From: Candidatus Nanopelagicales bacterium
Lineage (GTDB): Bacteria; Actinomycetota; Actinomycetes; S36-B12; JAWKJK01
Assembly: GCA_041393815.1 (NCBI GenBank)
Contig: JAWKJK010000006.1
Coordinates: 19,002 to 83,001 of the forward strand
Direction of reading: 5' to 3'
Length of the DNA stretch: 64,000 bases
Part shown: piece after piece, positions 1-8,994 of the stretch
Position numbering within the stretch: position 1 is the stretch's first letter
Layout: each line of letters starts with the position of its first letter
Translations under genes and position numbers: made by a program
The notes under the pieces: generated by a model
The model's database searches: none
The model's input: the letters and a program-made list of their open reading frames with translations, nothing else
What the model was told of the DNA's origin: nothing

Positions 1-1
1 C

Positions 2-334
2 CTCGGCCTGGCGTCGGTGGTGACCGTCGACGACGCCCACGAGCCGCAGGGGTTCCGCCGGGTGGTGGGGCCGGTCGGCCTGGTGGACCTCGACGGGGTA
101 CCCGAGCAGCTGGCACCCGAGCTGGCCGGGATGCGGATCTTCGTCGGCTACGCCGGCTGGTCCCCGGGTCAGCTGGACGGGGAGCTGGCGGAGGGCGCCT
201 GGTACGTCGTGGAGGGGCTGCCCTCGGACGCGTTCACCGGCGAGCCGGGCGGCCTGTGGCGGGAGGTCCTGCGCCGGCAGCAGGCGCCGCTGGCGTTCGT
301 GGCGACGATGCCCGAGGACCCCACCCTCAACTGA
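2..334 (+). CDS. YqgE/AlgH family (UPF0301) protein, C-terminal part; 5' end lies outside the window
   Basis: The frame is open from the window edge. It contains 'FVGYAGWSPGQLDGELAEGAWYV', typical of the UPF0301 family, has high GC3, and stops at 332-334. Confidence 0.8.
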   Translation, partial: LGLASVVTVDDAHEPQGFRRVVGPVGLVDLDGVPEQLAPELAGMRIFVGYAGWSPGQLDGELAEGAWYVVEGLPSDAFTGEPGGLWREVLRRQQAPLAFVATMPEDPTLN

Positions 335-354
335 GCGGCCCGTACACTCCCGGC

Positions 355-666
355 ATGACGGCCCCCCTGGACCCGGCCCCCCTGGACAGCCCGGAGCTGT
401 CCGGCGACACCCTCGTCGAGGAGCGCACCGACGCCGCGTACGAGGACGGCGACCACGAGCGCTTCGCGCACTACGTGCGCAAGGAGAAGGTCGTCGAGAG
501 CGCCGTCACCGGGACCCCGGTGATCGCGCTGTGCGGCAAGGTCTGGGTCCCCGGTCGCGACCCGTCCAAGTTCCCGGTCTGCCCGGAGTGCCAGCGGATC
601 TACAACGGCCTGCCACCCGGTCGCGGTGACCGCGGCGGGTCCGGCGGCCCCGGCGGCGACTCCTGA
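355..666 (+). CDS. DUF3039 domain-containing protein
   Basis: ATG at 355. The conserved actinobacterial block 'FAHYVRKEKVVESAVTGTPVIALCGKVWVPGRDPSKFPVCPECQRIY' is present. The track ORF's upstream extension (256-354) is Gly/Ala/Arg-rich and overlaps the previous gene. Confidence 0.8.
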   Translation: MTAPLDPAPLDSPELSGDTLVEERTDAAYEDGDHERFAHYVRKEKVVESAVTGTPVIALCGKVWVPGRDPSKFPVCPECQRIYNGLPPGRGDRGGSGGPGGDS

Positions 667-728
667 CCCCACCGGGCACCGACCGGGCCGCGCCCGGTCC
701 GGGACTGCTGGACGCCACCCATCGCGGG

Positions 729-2069
729 GTGACCGTCGGCGTCCTGTCGGTCGTCACGCTGGTCGCGTTCGAGGCGATCGCGGTCGCCACCGCGATGCCG
801 GTGGTGGCGCGGGACCTCGGCGGGATCGCGTCCTACACCTGGGCGTTCGGGGCGTTCGTCGTCGCGTCCCTGCTCGGCATGGTGGTGGCCGGCACCTGGT
901 GCGACCGCGACGGCCCGCGGCGCTCGCTGGAACTCGGCATCGTGCTGTTCGCCGGCGGCGCGGCCGCGTCCGGGCTGGCGCCCTCGATGACCGCCCTGGT
1001 GCTGGGTCGCGGCGTCCAGGGCCTCGGTGGCGGCGCCACGATCGTCGCGCTGTACGTGCTCATCGCCCGCGCCTACGACGACGCGCTGCGGCCGCGCGCG
1101 TTCAGTGCGCTGGCCGCGGCCTGGGTGCTGCCGGCGGTCGTGGGCCCGCTGGTCGCGGGGTGGCTGGCCGACCACGTCTCCTGGCGCGCGGTCTTCCTGC
1201 TCGTCCCCGTCCTGGTGGCCCCGCCGGCCGCGGTGCTGTGGCCGCGACTGCGTCGGTACGACGGCGGCGACCCGGCGGCCGTGCGGCCGGGCCGCACCCG
1301 GGCCGGCCTGCTCGCCGCACTGGGCCTGCTGCTGGTGCAGGACGGTGCCCTGCGGGCCGGGCCCCTCGGCGTCGCGGAGGCGGTGGCGGGGGTGGCGCTG
1401 CTGGTGCCCGCGCTGCGCCCGCTGCTGCCGGCCGGGTCGCTGCGGCTGGCCCGCGGCCTGCCCACCACGGTCGTGATGCGGGGCGTGCTCGCCGCCGGGT
1501 TCTTCGCGGCGGAGACCTTCGTGCCGCTGGGGCTGTCCGAGGTGCGCGGGGTGTCCACCACGGCCGCCGGCTTCACGCTGACGGCGGCGACCGTGGGCTG
1601 GGCGCTGGGGTCCTACCTGCAGGGCCGACTCCCGGGGGACCAGGACCGGGCCCGCACGGTCCGGCTGGGCAGCCTGCTCGTCGCCCTGGGTGTGGCGACC
1701 CTGCCCGTGGTCGTCCTGGTGCCCGTCCCGCCCTGGATCGCCGGGGTGTCCTGGTTCGTCGGGGCGATCGGGATGGGGCTCTCGCTGCCCTCCATCTCCG
1801 TGCAGACGCTGCGGCTGTCACCGGTTGCTGACCAGGGGGTCAACTCCGCGGCCCTGCAGCTGTCCGACTCGGTCCTGGTCGCGGTGGCCATTGCCGGTGC
1901 CGGTGCCGTGTACGCGGCCGCCGTCGACTCCGGCGGCGCCGAGCCCGGGACGTACGCCCTGGTGTGGCTGCTCTGCGCCGGGGTCCTCCTCGCGGCGGCG
2001 GGCCTGGCCGGCCGGATGCGGCCGGTCGCTGGCACCCCCGGCGATGCGGGCGGAGCCCCGGCGACCTGA
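729..2069 (+). CDS. MFS transporter
   Basis: 446-aa polytopic hydrophobic protein with GTG start. It shows a 12-14 TM pattern and an MFS-like 'GxxxDRxGPRR' loop (WCDRDGPRRS). Confidence 0.8.
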   Translation: MTVGVLSVVTLVAFEAIAVATAMPVVARDLGGIASYTWAFGAFVVASLLGMVVAGTWCDRDGPRRSLELGIVLFAGGAAASGLAPSMTALVLGRGVQGLGGGATIVALYVLIARAYDDALRPRAFSALAAAWVLPAVVGPLVAGWLADHVSWRAVFLLVPVLVAPPAAVLWPRLRRYDGGDPAAVRPGRTRAGLLAALGLLLVQDGALRAGPLGVAEAVAGVALLVPALRPLLPAGSLRLARGLPTTVVMRGVLAAGFFAAETFVPLGLSEVRGVSTTAAGFTLTAATVGWALGSYLQGRLPGDQDRARTVRLGSLLVALGVATLPVVVLVPVPPWIAGVSWFVGAIGMGLSLPSISVQTLRLSPVADQGVNSAALQLSDSVLVAVAIAGAGAVYAAAVDSGGAEPGTYALVWLLCAGVLLAAAGLAGRMRPVAGTPGDAGGAPAT

Positions 2070-2114
2070 GAGGATGTCGCCCCGTCGTGCCCGTCGGAAC
2101 CGGAGGAACCACCC

Positions 2115-3035
2115 ATGAACCGTCGCCCGCTCACCCTCGCCGCCGCCGTGCTGGCCGGCGGGCTGGTGCTCAGCGGCTGCGCCCAGGAGAGCAGCACGTC
2201 CTCGTCGAGCTCGGCCGCCCCGGAGTCGTCGTCCGCGGCGCCGGAGAGCAGCAGCCCGGCGGAGAGCCCCTCGTCCGACGCCTGCGCCAAGGAGAACCTG
2301 GTCACCGTCACCCCGGGGACCCTCACCATCGGCACCGACAAGCCGGCCTACCCGCCGTACTTCGTCGACGACGACCCGTCCAACGGCAAGGGTTTCGAGT
2401 CCGCGGTGGCGTACGCCGTCGCCGAGGGCCTGGGCTACACCACCGACGAGGTCACCTGGACGGTCGTGCCGTTCAACACCTCGTACGCACCGGGGGACAA
2501 GAACTTCGACTTCGACATCAACCAGATCTCGATCACGCCGGAGCGGCAGAAGGCCGTCGACTTCTCCGACGGCTACTACACGGTGAACCAGGCGGTCGTC
2601 GCGCTGAAGGACTCCCCGATCGCCGACGCGACGACGCTGGAGCAGCTGAAGACCGCCAAGCTCGGCGCGCAGGTGGGCACCACGAGCCTGACCTACATCG
2701 ACGAGTACGTGCAGCCGGAGGCGAAGCCGTTCGTCTACAACGACACCAACGATGCCAAGAGCGCGCTGGAGAACGGCCAGATCGACGGCATCGTCGTCGA
2801 CCTGCCGACGGCGTACTACATCACCGCCGCCGAGATCGACAACAGCAAGATCGTGGGCCAGTTCCCCGCGCAGGAGGGCCCCGACGCCGAGCAGTTCGGC
2901 CTGCTGTTCGCCAAGGGCAACCCGCTGGTCGAGTGCGTCAACCAGGTGCTCGCCGAGCTGAAGTCCACCGGCGACCTGGAGGAGATCCAGAACGTGTGGC
3001 TCGCGGGTGACGAGGCGCCCTACTTCCAGCAGTGA
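2115..3035 (+). CDS. Amino-acid ABC transporter substrate-binding lipoprotein
   Basis: Signal peptide with lipobox LSGC followed by a Ser-rich linker. The body resembles a family-3 solute-binding protein (GTDKPAYPPY..., DFDINQISITPER). It is followed by the permease and ATPase genes. Confidence 0.85.
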   Translation: MNRRPLTLAAAVLAGGLVLSGCAQESSTSSSSSAAPESSSAAPESSSPAESPSSDACAKENLVTVTPGTLTIGTDKPAYPPYFVDDDPSNGKGFESAVAYAVAEGLGYTTDEVTWTVVPFNTSYAPGDKNFDFDINQISITPERQKAVDFSDGYYTVNQAVVALKDSPIADATTLEQLKTAKLGAQVGTTSLTYIDEYVQPEAKPFVYNDTNDAKSALENGQIDGIVVDLPTAYYITAAEIDNSKIVGQFPAQEGPDAEQFGLLFAKGNPLVECVNQVLAELKSTGDLEEIQNVWLAGDEAPYFQQ

Positions 3036-3910
3036 CCCCGGTACGCCCCGCCGCGCCGGGCGACGTGACGGCCACGCCGTACGTCGACCCGGCGCGCTGG
3101 GCGTTCCAGCGCCGCACGGCGCGTCGCGACGCGCTGGTCGGGATGGCCAGTCTCGTCATCGTCGTCGTCGTCATCTCGTACCTGGTCTCGCGCACCCCCG
3201 GCTGGCCGGTCGTCCAGGACACGTTCTTCAACCGCGAGCAGTTCACCGAGTCGTTCCCCGGGCTGATCGAGGCGTTCTGGCTCAACGTCCGCATCTTCCT
3301 GGTGGCCGAGCCCCTGATCCTGCTGTTCGGCCTGCTCATCGCCCTCGGCCGCGGCCTGCGCGCGCCGGTGCTGCTGCCGGTCCGGGTGGCGGCCACCGTC
3401 TACACCGACATCTTCCGCGGCGTCCCCACGATCCTGGTGATCTTCCTGCTCGGCTTCGGCATGCCTGCGCTGCGGCTGCAGGGAGTGCCCACGGACCCGG
3501 TGTTCTGGGGCACCGTGGCGCTGGTGCTGTCGTACTCGGCGTACGTCGCCGAGGTGTTCCGCGCCGGTATCGAGTCGGTGCACCCCAGCCAGCGCGCCGC
3601 GGCCCGATCGCTGGGCCTGACCTCGGGCCAGACCAACCGGCACGTGGTGCTGCCGCAGGCCGTCCGGCGCGTGATCCCGCCGCTGCTCAACGACTTCATC
3701 AGCCTGCAGAAGGACACCGCCCTGGTGGCCGTGCTCGGGCCGATCGAGGTCCTGCGGCAGGCGCAGATCGACGCCTCCTACACGTTCAACTACACGCCGT
3801 ACGTCGCCGCCGCCCTCATCTTCATCGCGCTGACGATCCCGATGACCCGCTTCGCGGACTGGCTGCAGGCGCGCGCCGCGCGCCGCCGGATGGCCGGAGG
3901 CGCTGCATGA
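3032..3910 (+). CDS. Amino-acid ABC transporter permease (His/Glu/Gln/Arg/opine family)
   Basis: 4-nt overlap with the substrate-binding gene. Multi-TM protein with the EAA-like loop 'SAYVAEVFRAGIESVHPSQRAAARSLGL'. Confidence 0.85.
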   Translation: MTPVRPAAPGDVTATPYVDPARWAFQRRTARRDALVGMASLVIVVVVISYLVSRTPGWPVVQDTFFNREQFTESFPGLIEAFWLNVRIFLVAEPLILLFGLLIALGRGLRAPVLLPVRVAATVYTDIFRGVPTILVIFLLGFGMPALRLQGVPTDPVFWGTVALVLSYSAYVAEVFRAGIESVHPSQRAAARSLGLTSGQTNRHVVLPQAVRRVIPPLLNDFISLQKDTALVAVLGPIEVLRQAQIDASYTFNYTPYVAAALIFIALTIPMTRFADWLQARAARRRMAGGAA

Positions 3911-4659
3911 CCGCGGCCGGGGGGACGCCGCTGCTCTCGGTCGAGGGCGTGCACAAGGCCTTCGGCGACAACCCCGTGCTGCGCGGCATCGACGTGGACG
4001 TGGCGCGGCACGAGGTCGTCGTGCTCATCGGGGCGTCGGGTTCGGGCAAGTCCACCCTGCTGCGGTGCGTCAACGGCCTGGAGCAGGTGGACGCCGGTCG
4101 GATCGTCCTGGACGGCGACCTCGACGTCACCGCGTTCCGCACCGACCTCGACGCCGTCCGGCGGCGGGTGGGCATCGTGTTCCAGTCGTTCAACCTGTTC
4201 CCGCACATGAACGTGCTGCGCAACGTCACACTCGCGCCCCGCAAGGTGCTCGGCCGCAACCGGTCCGAGGCGGAGGCGGCCGCCCGGACGCTGCTGGCCC
4301 GGTTCGGGCTGGCGGACAAGGCCGAGGACTTCCCCGACCGGCTGTCCGGCGGCCAGCAGCAACGGGTCGCGATCGTCCGGGCGCTGGCGATGGAGCCGGA
4401 GCTGATGCTCTTCGACGAGGTGACGTCGGCGCTGGACCCGCTGCTGGTGGGCGAGGTGCTCGACTCCATCCGCGAGCTCAAGGAGGGCGGCCTCACCATC
4501 CTGATGGCGACCCACGAGATGGGGTTCGCCCGGGAGGTCGCCGACCGGGTGTGCTTCCTCGACGCCGGTCGGGTGCTCGAGCAGGGGCCGCCGGCGCAGG
4601 TCCTCGGCGACCCCCGCGAGGAGCGCACCCGGCAGTTCCTGGCCCGCGTCCTGGCGTGA
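3907..4659 (+). CDS. Amino-acid ABC transporter ATP-binding protein
   Basis: ATG 3907 overlaps the permease stop (ATGA). Walker A GASGSGKST, signature LSGGQQQRV and Walker B LMLFDEV are present. The 550-aa track ORF starting at 3007 is an out-of-context upstream extension. Confidence 0.9.
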   Translation: MTAAGGTPLLSVEGVHKAFGDNPVLRGIDVDVARHEVVVLIGASGSGKSTLLRCVNGLEQVDAGRIVLDGDLDVTAFRTDLDAVRRRVGIVFQSFNLFPHMNVLRNVTLAPRKVLGRNRSEAEAAARTLLARFGLADKAEDFPDRLSGGQQQRVAIVRALAMEPELMLFDEVTSALDPLLVGEVLDSIRELKEGGLTILMATHEMGFAREVADRVCFLDAGRVLEQGPPAQVLGDPREERTRQFLARVLA

Positions 4660-4777
4660 CGGCGTGACGCAGGGCACGGGCGGCCGCGCGCCTGCGGGGT
4701 GACGGCCGCGGGCGGGCCTACCCTGCTGAGGTGCGCACCCCTGGTGCGCCGGCCTCGCAGACGACGAAGGAGACCCG

Positions 4778-5398
4778 ATGACCACCATCGACCCCGGCAC
4801 CGGCATGCCCATGGGGCCCGGCGGCGACATGGACGCGGAGACCCGCTCCTTCATCAAGGCCGTCGGCGAGTCGTGGTGGGTGCTGCTCTTCCTCGGGCTG
4901 ATCACGCTGGCGCTCGGCGTCGTCGTCGTGGCCTGGCCCAAGCAGACGATCCTCGTGGTCGCGGTGCTGTTCGCCATCTACCTGCTGGTGAGTGGCATCT
5001 TCCAGCTGGTGCGCGGCTTCGCGTCCGGCCTGCCGACGTCGGCGCGGGTGCTGCTGTGGATCGGCGGCGTGCTGTCCCTGGTGCTGGGCATCTTCGCGAT
5101 CACCAGCGTCGGTGACGCGGTCTGGCTGCTGGCGCTGTTCATCGGCCTGTCGTTCATCTTCCGCGGCATGCTCTACCTGGTGCTCGGGTTCCAGGACAAG
5201 GGCGCAGACGGCCGCGGCTGGCAGATCTTCACCGGCATCGTGATGGTGATCGGCGGCGGCGTGATCGTGTTCTGGCCGGGCATCACGCTGCTGACGCTGG
5301 CGTTCGTGATGGGCTTCTGGCTGATCTTCACGGGCTTGATGGAGATCATCGGCGCCTTCGTCGTGCGGTCCCGCGCCAAGAAGGCGCTGGCCGCCTGA
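4778..5398 (+). CDS. HdeD/DUF308 family membrane protein
   Basis: SD AAGGAG lies upstream of the ATG. The protein consists of repeated TM pairs with the DUF308-like pattern (WWVLLFLGLITLALGVVVVAWP ...). Confidence 0.7.
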   Translation: MTTIDPGTGMPMGPGGDMDAETRSFIKAVGESWWVLLFLGLITLALGVVVVAWPKQTILVVAVLFAIYLLVSGIFQLVRGFASGLPTSARVLLWIGGVLSLVLGIFAITSVGDAVWLLALFIGLSFIFRGMLYLVLGFQDKGADGRGWQIFTGIVMVIGGGVIVFWPGITLLTLAFVMGFWLIFTGLMEIIGAFVVRSRAKKALAA

Positions 5399-5440
5399 GC
5401 GCACGTCCTCGGCCGTCGGCACCGGGGCGTCGGGGGTGAC

Positions 5441-6088
5441 GTGATGGCGGCGGAGACCTCACAGACCTTGGACCGGGGCCTGCGGGTCCTGTCCCTGCTG
5501 GCCGAGCAGCCCGAGGGCATGACGGTCACCGAGCTGGCCGCGGCCCTCGGGGTCAGCCGCACCGTCGTCTACCGGCTGGTCGTGACCCTGGAGCAGCACG
5601 GGCTGCTGCGTCGCGGGGCGGACGGTCGGTGCCGGCTCGGGCTCGCGGTGCTCGGGCTGTCCCGGCACGTCCAGCCGCTGCTGCGCGACGCCGCCCTGCC
5701 GGCGCTGCGGCGGCTGTCCGACGGTCTCGGCGCCACCTCCTACCTGCTCGTCCTCGACGGAACGGAGGGGCTCACGGTGGCCGTCGTCGAGCCCACCCGC
5801 GTGGACGTGCACGTGGCGTCGCGGGTCGGTGCGCGCGTCCCGCTGGACCGCGGCGCCGGCGGGCGGGCACTGCAGGTCGCCCGAGCGGGTCGGGTCGCAG
5901 CGGACCCCGGCTGGGTGGCCGTCGCGGGGGACCCCCTGCCCGGCGCTCTCGGCGTGGCGGCGGCACTGCCCGGGGTGCCCGGGGTGGATGCCTGCGTCGG
6001 CGTCGTCGTGGTGGGCGACCCGGACCCGGCCGAAGTGGGGCCGCGGGTGCTGCGCGCAGCGGCGGACATCGCCCGCGCGCTGCGATGA
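5441..6088 (+). CDS. IclR family transcriptional regulator
   Basis: The N-terminal wHTH 'LDRGLRVLSLLAEQPEGMTVTELAAALGVSRTVVYRLVVTLEQHGLLRR' is typical of IclR regulators. Confidence 0.8.
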   Translation: MMAAETSQTLDRGLRVLSLLAEQPEGMTVTELAAALGVSRTVVYRLVVTLEQHGLLRRGADGRCRLGLAVLGLSRHVQPLLRDAALPALRRLSDGLGATSYLLVLDGTEGLTVAVVEPTRVDVHVASRVGARVPLDRGAGGRALQVARAGRVAADPGWVAVAGDPLPGALGVAAALPGVPGVDACVGVVVVGDPDPAEVGPRVLRAAADIARALR

Positions 6089-6106
6089 CCAGGGCGCCTG
6101 CGCCGG

Positions 6107-7450
6107 CTACCAGCAGCCGGTGACCGTCGCGGCCAGGCCGTCCACCGCGCGCCGGGTCGTGAGCTTCGCCACCGACGACGGCTGCCGGTTGACCAGCACC
6201 GCGAACACCTTCGGCCGGCCGTCCGCACCCTGCGCCACCCCGGCCAGGGAGATCACCCCGGTGAGGGTGCCGGTCTTGGCCATCACCCTGCCCGCCGCGC
6301 ACCGCGACGGCGCGGTGTTGTAGCGGCCCAACCGGGTCGTCAGGGTGCCGTCGACCCCGGCCACCGGCAGCCCGCCGTCGGCGTAGATCGGGTCGAGCTC
6401 GGGGTGCTCGCCCGTCACCGACAGCCGCAGCACCTCGGTGAGCGCGTACGGGGTCAGCCGGGCGCGCCGGGAGGCACCGCTGCCGTCGACCAGGACCAGC
6501 CCGTCGGTGGCGATCCCGAGGGACTCCAGCACGGTGACCGCGGCCCGGGAGGCGCCGGCCCAGGTGGCCGGCTGCCCGGTGGCCAGCGCGACCTGCCGGA
6601 AGAGGATCTCGGCCACGTCGTTGTCGGACATCTTGAGCATCCAGCGGATGTCGACCTTGAGCTGCTGGCTGCGGACCGACGCCAGCGCGGTCGCACCCGG
6701 GTCCGCGGCCGCCCGGCCGCGGTAGGTGGCCTTGAGTCCGGCCCGGTTCAGCCGGGCGACGAAGTAGCGGGCGGCGTCGTCGGCGTTGTCCCACGTGTGC
6801 CGGCCGTCGCGGTTGAGGGACCGTACGGGCGACACGACGCCCGGCTGGTAGGTGCTGCCCCACCCCGGGGCGGCGGACGGCGCCGGGAACAGGGTGTCGT
6901 CCAGGGTCACCCGCACGGCTCCGGTGGCTGCCGTCGCGCGCCAGGCCCGGGCGGTACGGGTGGCCAGCCGGCGCAGGTCCGCCGACGACAGGCGGGGGTC
7001 ACCGCCCCCCACCAGGACGAGGTTCTGCGGACCGGAGCCGACGACGGTGCGGGTGACGAAACGGGCGTTCGGACCGAGCGTCATGAGTGCGGTGGTCGCC
7101 GTGACGATCTTCATGGTCGAGGCCGGCATCAGCGGCTGGGTGGAGCGCGAGCCGTAGATCGCCCGCCCGGTCCCGGCATCCGCCACGTGCAGGCCGACCA
7201 GGGACCCCAGCGCCCGGTTGCGCAGCCGGCTGGGCAGCAGCCGCGCGACCCGGGCCTCGGCGGCGGCCGAGGAGACCGCCGCGGGGGCGAGGGCTGCGAC
7301 CGGGTTCGTCGCGGGTGCCGTGCGCGCGGGGGCCGCCGACGCCGTCGGGGCCACGAGCAGGGACACGGTCACGGCGGCGATCGCCAGCGGGACCGCGGCC
7401 CTCGTGACGGGGCGACGCAGCGGGGTGGGGGTGGGCGGCACGTCCGCCAT
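6107..7450 (-). CDS. dacB: D-alanyl-D-alanine carboxypeptidase/endopeptidase (PBP4, peptidase S13)
   Basis: Signal peptide present. All three penicillin-binding motifs are found: SxxK (STMK), SxN (SDN) and KTG (AKTGTL). Confidence 0.9.
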   Translation of the reverse strand: MADVPPTPTPLRRPVTRAAVPLAIAAVTVSLLVAPTASAAPARTAPATNPVAALAPAAVSSAAAEARVARLLPSRLRNRALGSLVGLHVADAGTGRAIYGSRSTQPLMPASTMKIVTATTALMTLGPNARFVTRTVVGSGPQNLVLVGGGDPRLSSADLRRLATRTARAWRATAATGAVRVTLDDTLFPAPSAAPGWGSTYQPGVVSPVRSLNRDGRHTWDNADDAARYFVARLNRAGLKATYRGRAAADPGATALASVRSQQLKVDIRWMLKMSDNDVAEILFRQVALATGQPATWAGASRAAVTVLESLGIATDGLVLVDGSGASRRARLTPYALTEVLRLSVTGEHPELDPIYADGGLPVAGVDGTLTTRLGRYNTAPSRCAAGRVMAKTGTLTGVISLAGVAQGADGRPKVFAVLVNRQPSSVAKLTTRRAVDGLAATVTGCW

Positions 7451-7569
7451 GGTGCGTGACGACCCCCGCCGGAGTCACCTTCGGCTCGCCGGGCGTCCGC
7501 ACTCCGGACGCCAGAAGGCCGGCGTGACCCCGTCCGGATCGATGGCGTCCGGTGCCGCGTGGTGCTGGG

Positions 7570-8994
7570 ATGAGCCCCGTGACCGAGAACCCCAGCCCGC
7601 CCGTCCTCACCCCGTCCGACGCGCCGTTCCCGGCGTTCCCGACCGGCTTCGCCTGGGGGACGGCCACGGCGTCGTACCAGATCGAGGGGGGCTGGGACGC
7701 CGACGGCAAGGGGATGTCCACCTGGGACGCCTTCGTCCGCGAGCCGGGCAAGGTCCTGACCGGCGAGACCGGCGACGTGGCCTGCGACCACTACCACCGC
7801 TGGGAGTCCGACCTGGACCTGATGCACGACCTGGGGGTCAACGCCTACCGGCTCTCGGTCGGCTGGCCCCGGATCGTGCCCGCGGGCGCCGGTGCGGTGG
7901 AGCCGCGGGGCCTGGACTTCTACGACCGTCTCGTCGACGGCCTGGTCGCGCGCGGCATCGCGCCGTACCTCACGCTCTTCCACTGGGACCTGCCGCAGGC
8001 GCTGGAGGCGCAGGGCGGCTGGCTGGACCGGGACACCTCGCTGCGCTTCGCCGAGTACGCCGCCCTGATGGCGGCCAAGCTCGGCGACCGGGTGGCCGGG
8101 TGGATCACGCTCAACGAGCCGTTCGTGCTCACGTCGTTCGGCTACTCCTTCGGCGTCCATGCCCCCGGCCGGGTGCTCGGCCTGGCGGTCTGGCCGGTCG
8201 TCCACCACCTGCTGCTCGGGCACGGCCTCGCGGTGCAGGCGCTGCGGGCCGAGGGGATCACCGCTCCGATCGGCATCACCAACAACCTGGCCCCGATCTG
8301 GCCGCAGGACCCCGACAGCGAGGGCGACCGGGCCGCCGCGGCCCGGATGGACGCGTACTACAACCGGCAGTTCATGGACCCGGTCCTGCTGGGCACCCAG
8401 CCGGTCGACCCGGCCGAGGTCTACCCGGGCTCGGACCTATCGGTCGTGCACGAGGGGGATGCCGAGACGATCGCCACGCCGGTCGACTTCGTCGGCGTCA
8501 ACTACTACAACCCGCAGATGGTGCGGGCGGCCGGCCCGGACAACCCGATGGGGTTCGAGCTGGTGGAGATCGAGGGCTACCCGCGCTCTGGCTTCAACTG
8601 GCCGGTCGTCCCTGAGGCGCTGACCGAGCTGCTCGTCGGCCTGCGTGATCGGTACGGCGACGCGCTGCCCCCGCTGCTGGTCACCGAGAACGGGACCTCG
8701 ATCCCGGACGAGGTCGACTCGGAGGGCCGCGTCCGCGACGGGTTCCGGATCGCCTACCTCGACCGGCACATCCGCGCGGTGGCAGCCGCCATCGACGCCG
8801 GCGTCGACGTGCGCGGCTACTTCTGCTGGTCCTTCATCGACAACTTCGAGTGGGCCGAGGGGACCTCCCAGCGCTTCGGGCTGGTGCACAACGACTTCCT
8901 CACCCAGCGGCGCACGCCGAAGGACTCGTTCTCGTGGTACCGCCAGGTCGTCACCGGTGCCGCGGCCGGCTCGGTGCCGCGGGTGGCGTCGTGA
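7570..8994 (+). CDS. GH1 beta-glucosidase
   Basis: GH1 N-terminal signature 'FAWGTATASYQIEGG', acid/base 'TLNEP' and nucleophile 'VTENG'. The start could also be GTG 7552. Confidence 0.9.
   Translation: MSPVTENPSPPVLTPSDAPFPAFPTGFAWGTATASYQIEGGWDADGKGMSTWDAFVREPGKVLTGETGDVACDHYHRWESDLDLMHDLGVNAYRLSVGWPRIVPAGAGAVEPRGLDFYDRLVDGLVARGIAPYLTLFHWDLPQALEAQGGWLDRDTSLRFAEYAALMAAKLGDRVAGWITLNEPFVLTSFGYSFGVHAPGRVLGLAVWPVVHHLLLGHGLAVQALRAEGITAPIGITNNLAPIWPQDPDSEGDRAAAARMDAYYNRQFMDPVLLGTQPVDPAEVYPGSDLSVVHEGDAETIATPVDFVGVNYYNPQMVRAAGPDNPMGFELVEIEGYPRSGFNWPVVPEALTELLVGLRDRYGDALPPLLVTENGTSIPDEVDSEGRVRDGFRIAYLDRHIRAVAAAIDAGVDVRGYFCWSFIDNFEWAEGTSQRFGLVHNDFLTQRRTPKDSFSWYRQVVTGAAAGSVPRVAS

Noticed and set aside
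3007-4659. 550-aa ORF suggesting a much longer ABC ATPase; likewise 41552-42946 (464 aa) for pxpB, 43021-45261 (746 aa) for the SGNH hydrolase and 15179-16435 for the methyltransferase
   Set aside because: The upstream extensions overlap the preceding, well-supported genes in another frame and are Arg/Pro-rich. Conserved N-termini, SD sequences and 4-nt start/stop overlaps indicate the shorter starts given in the feature list.
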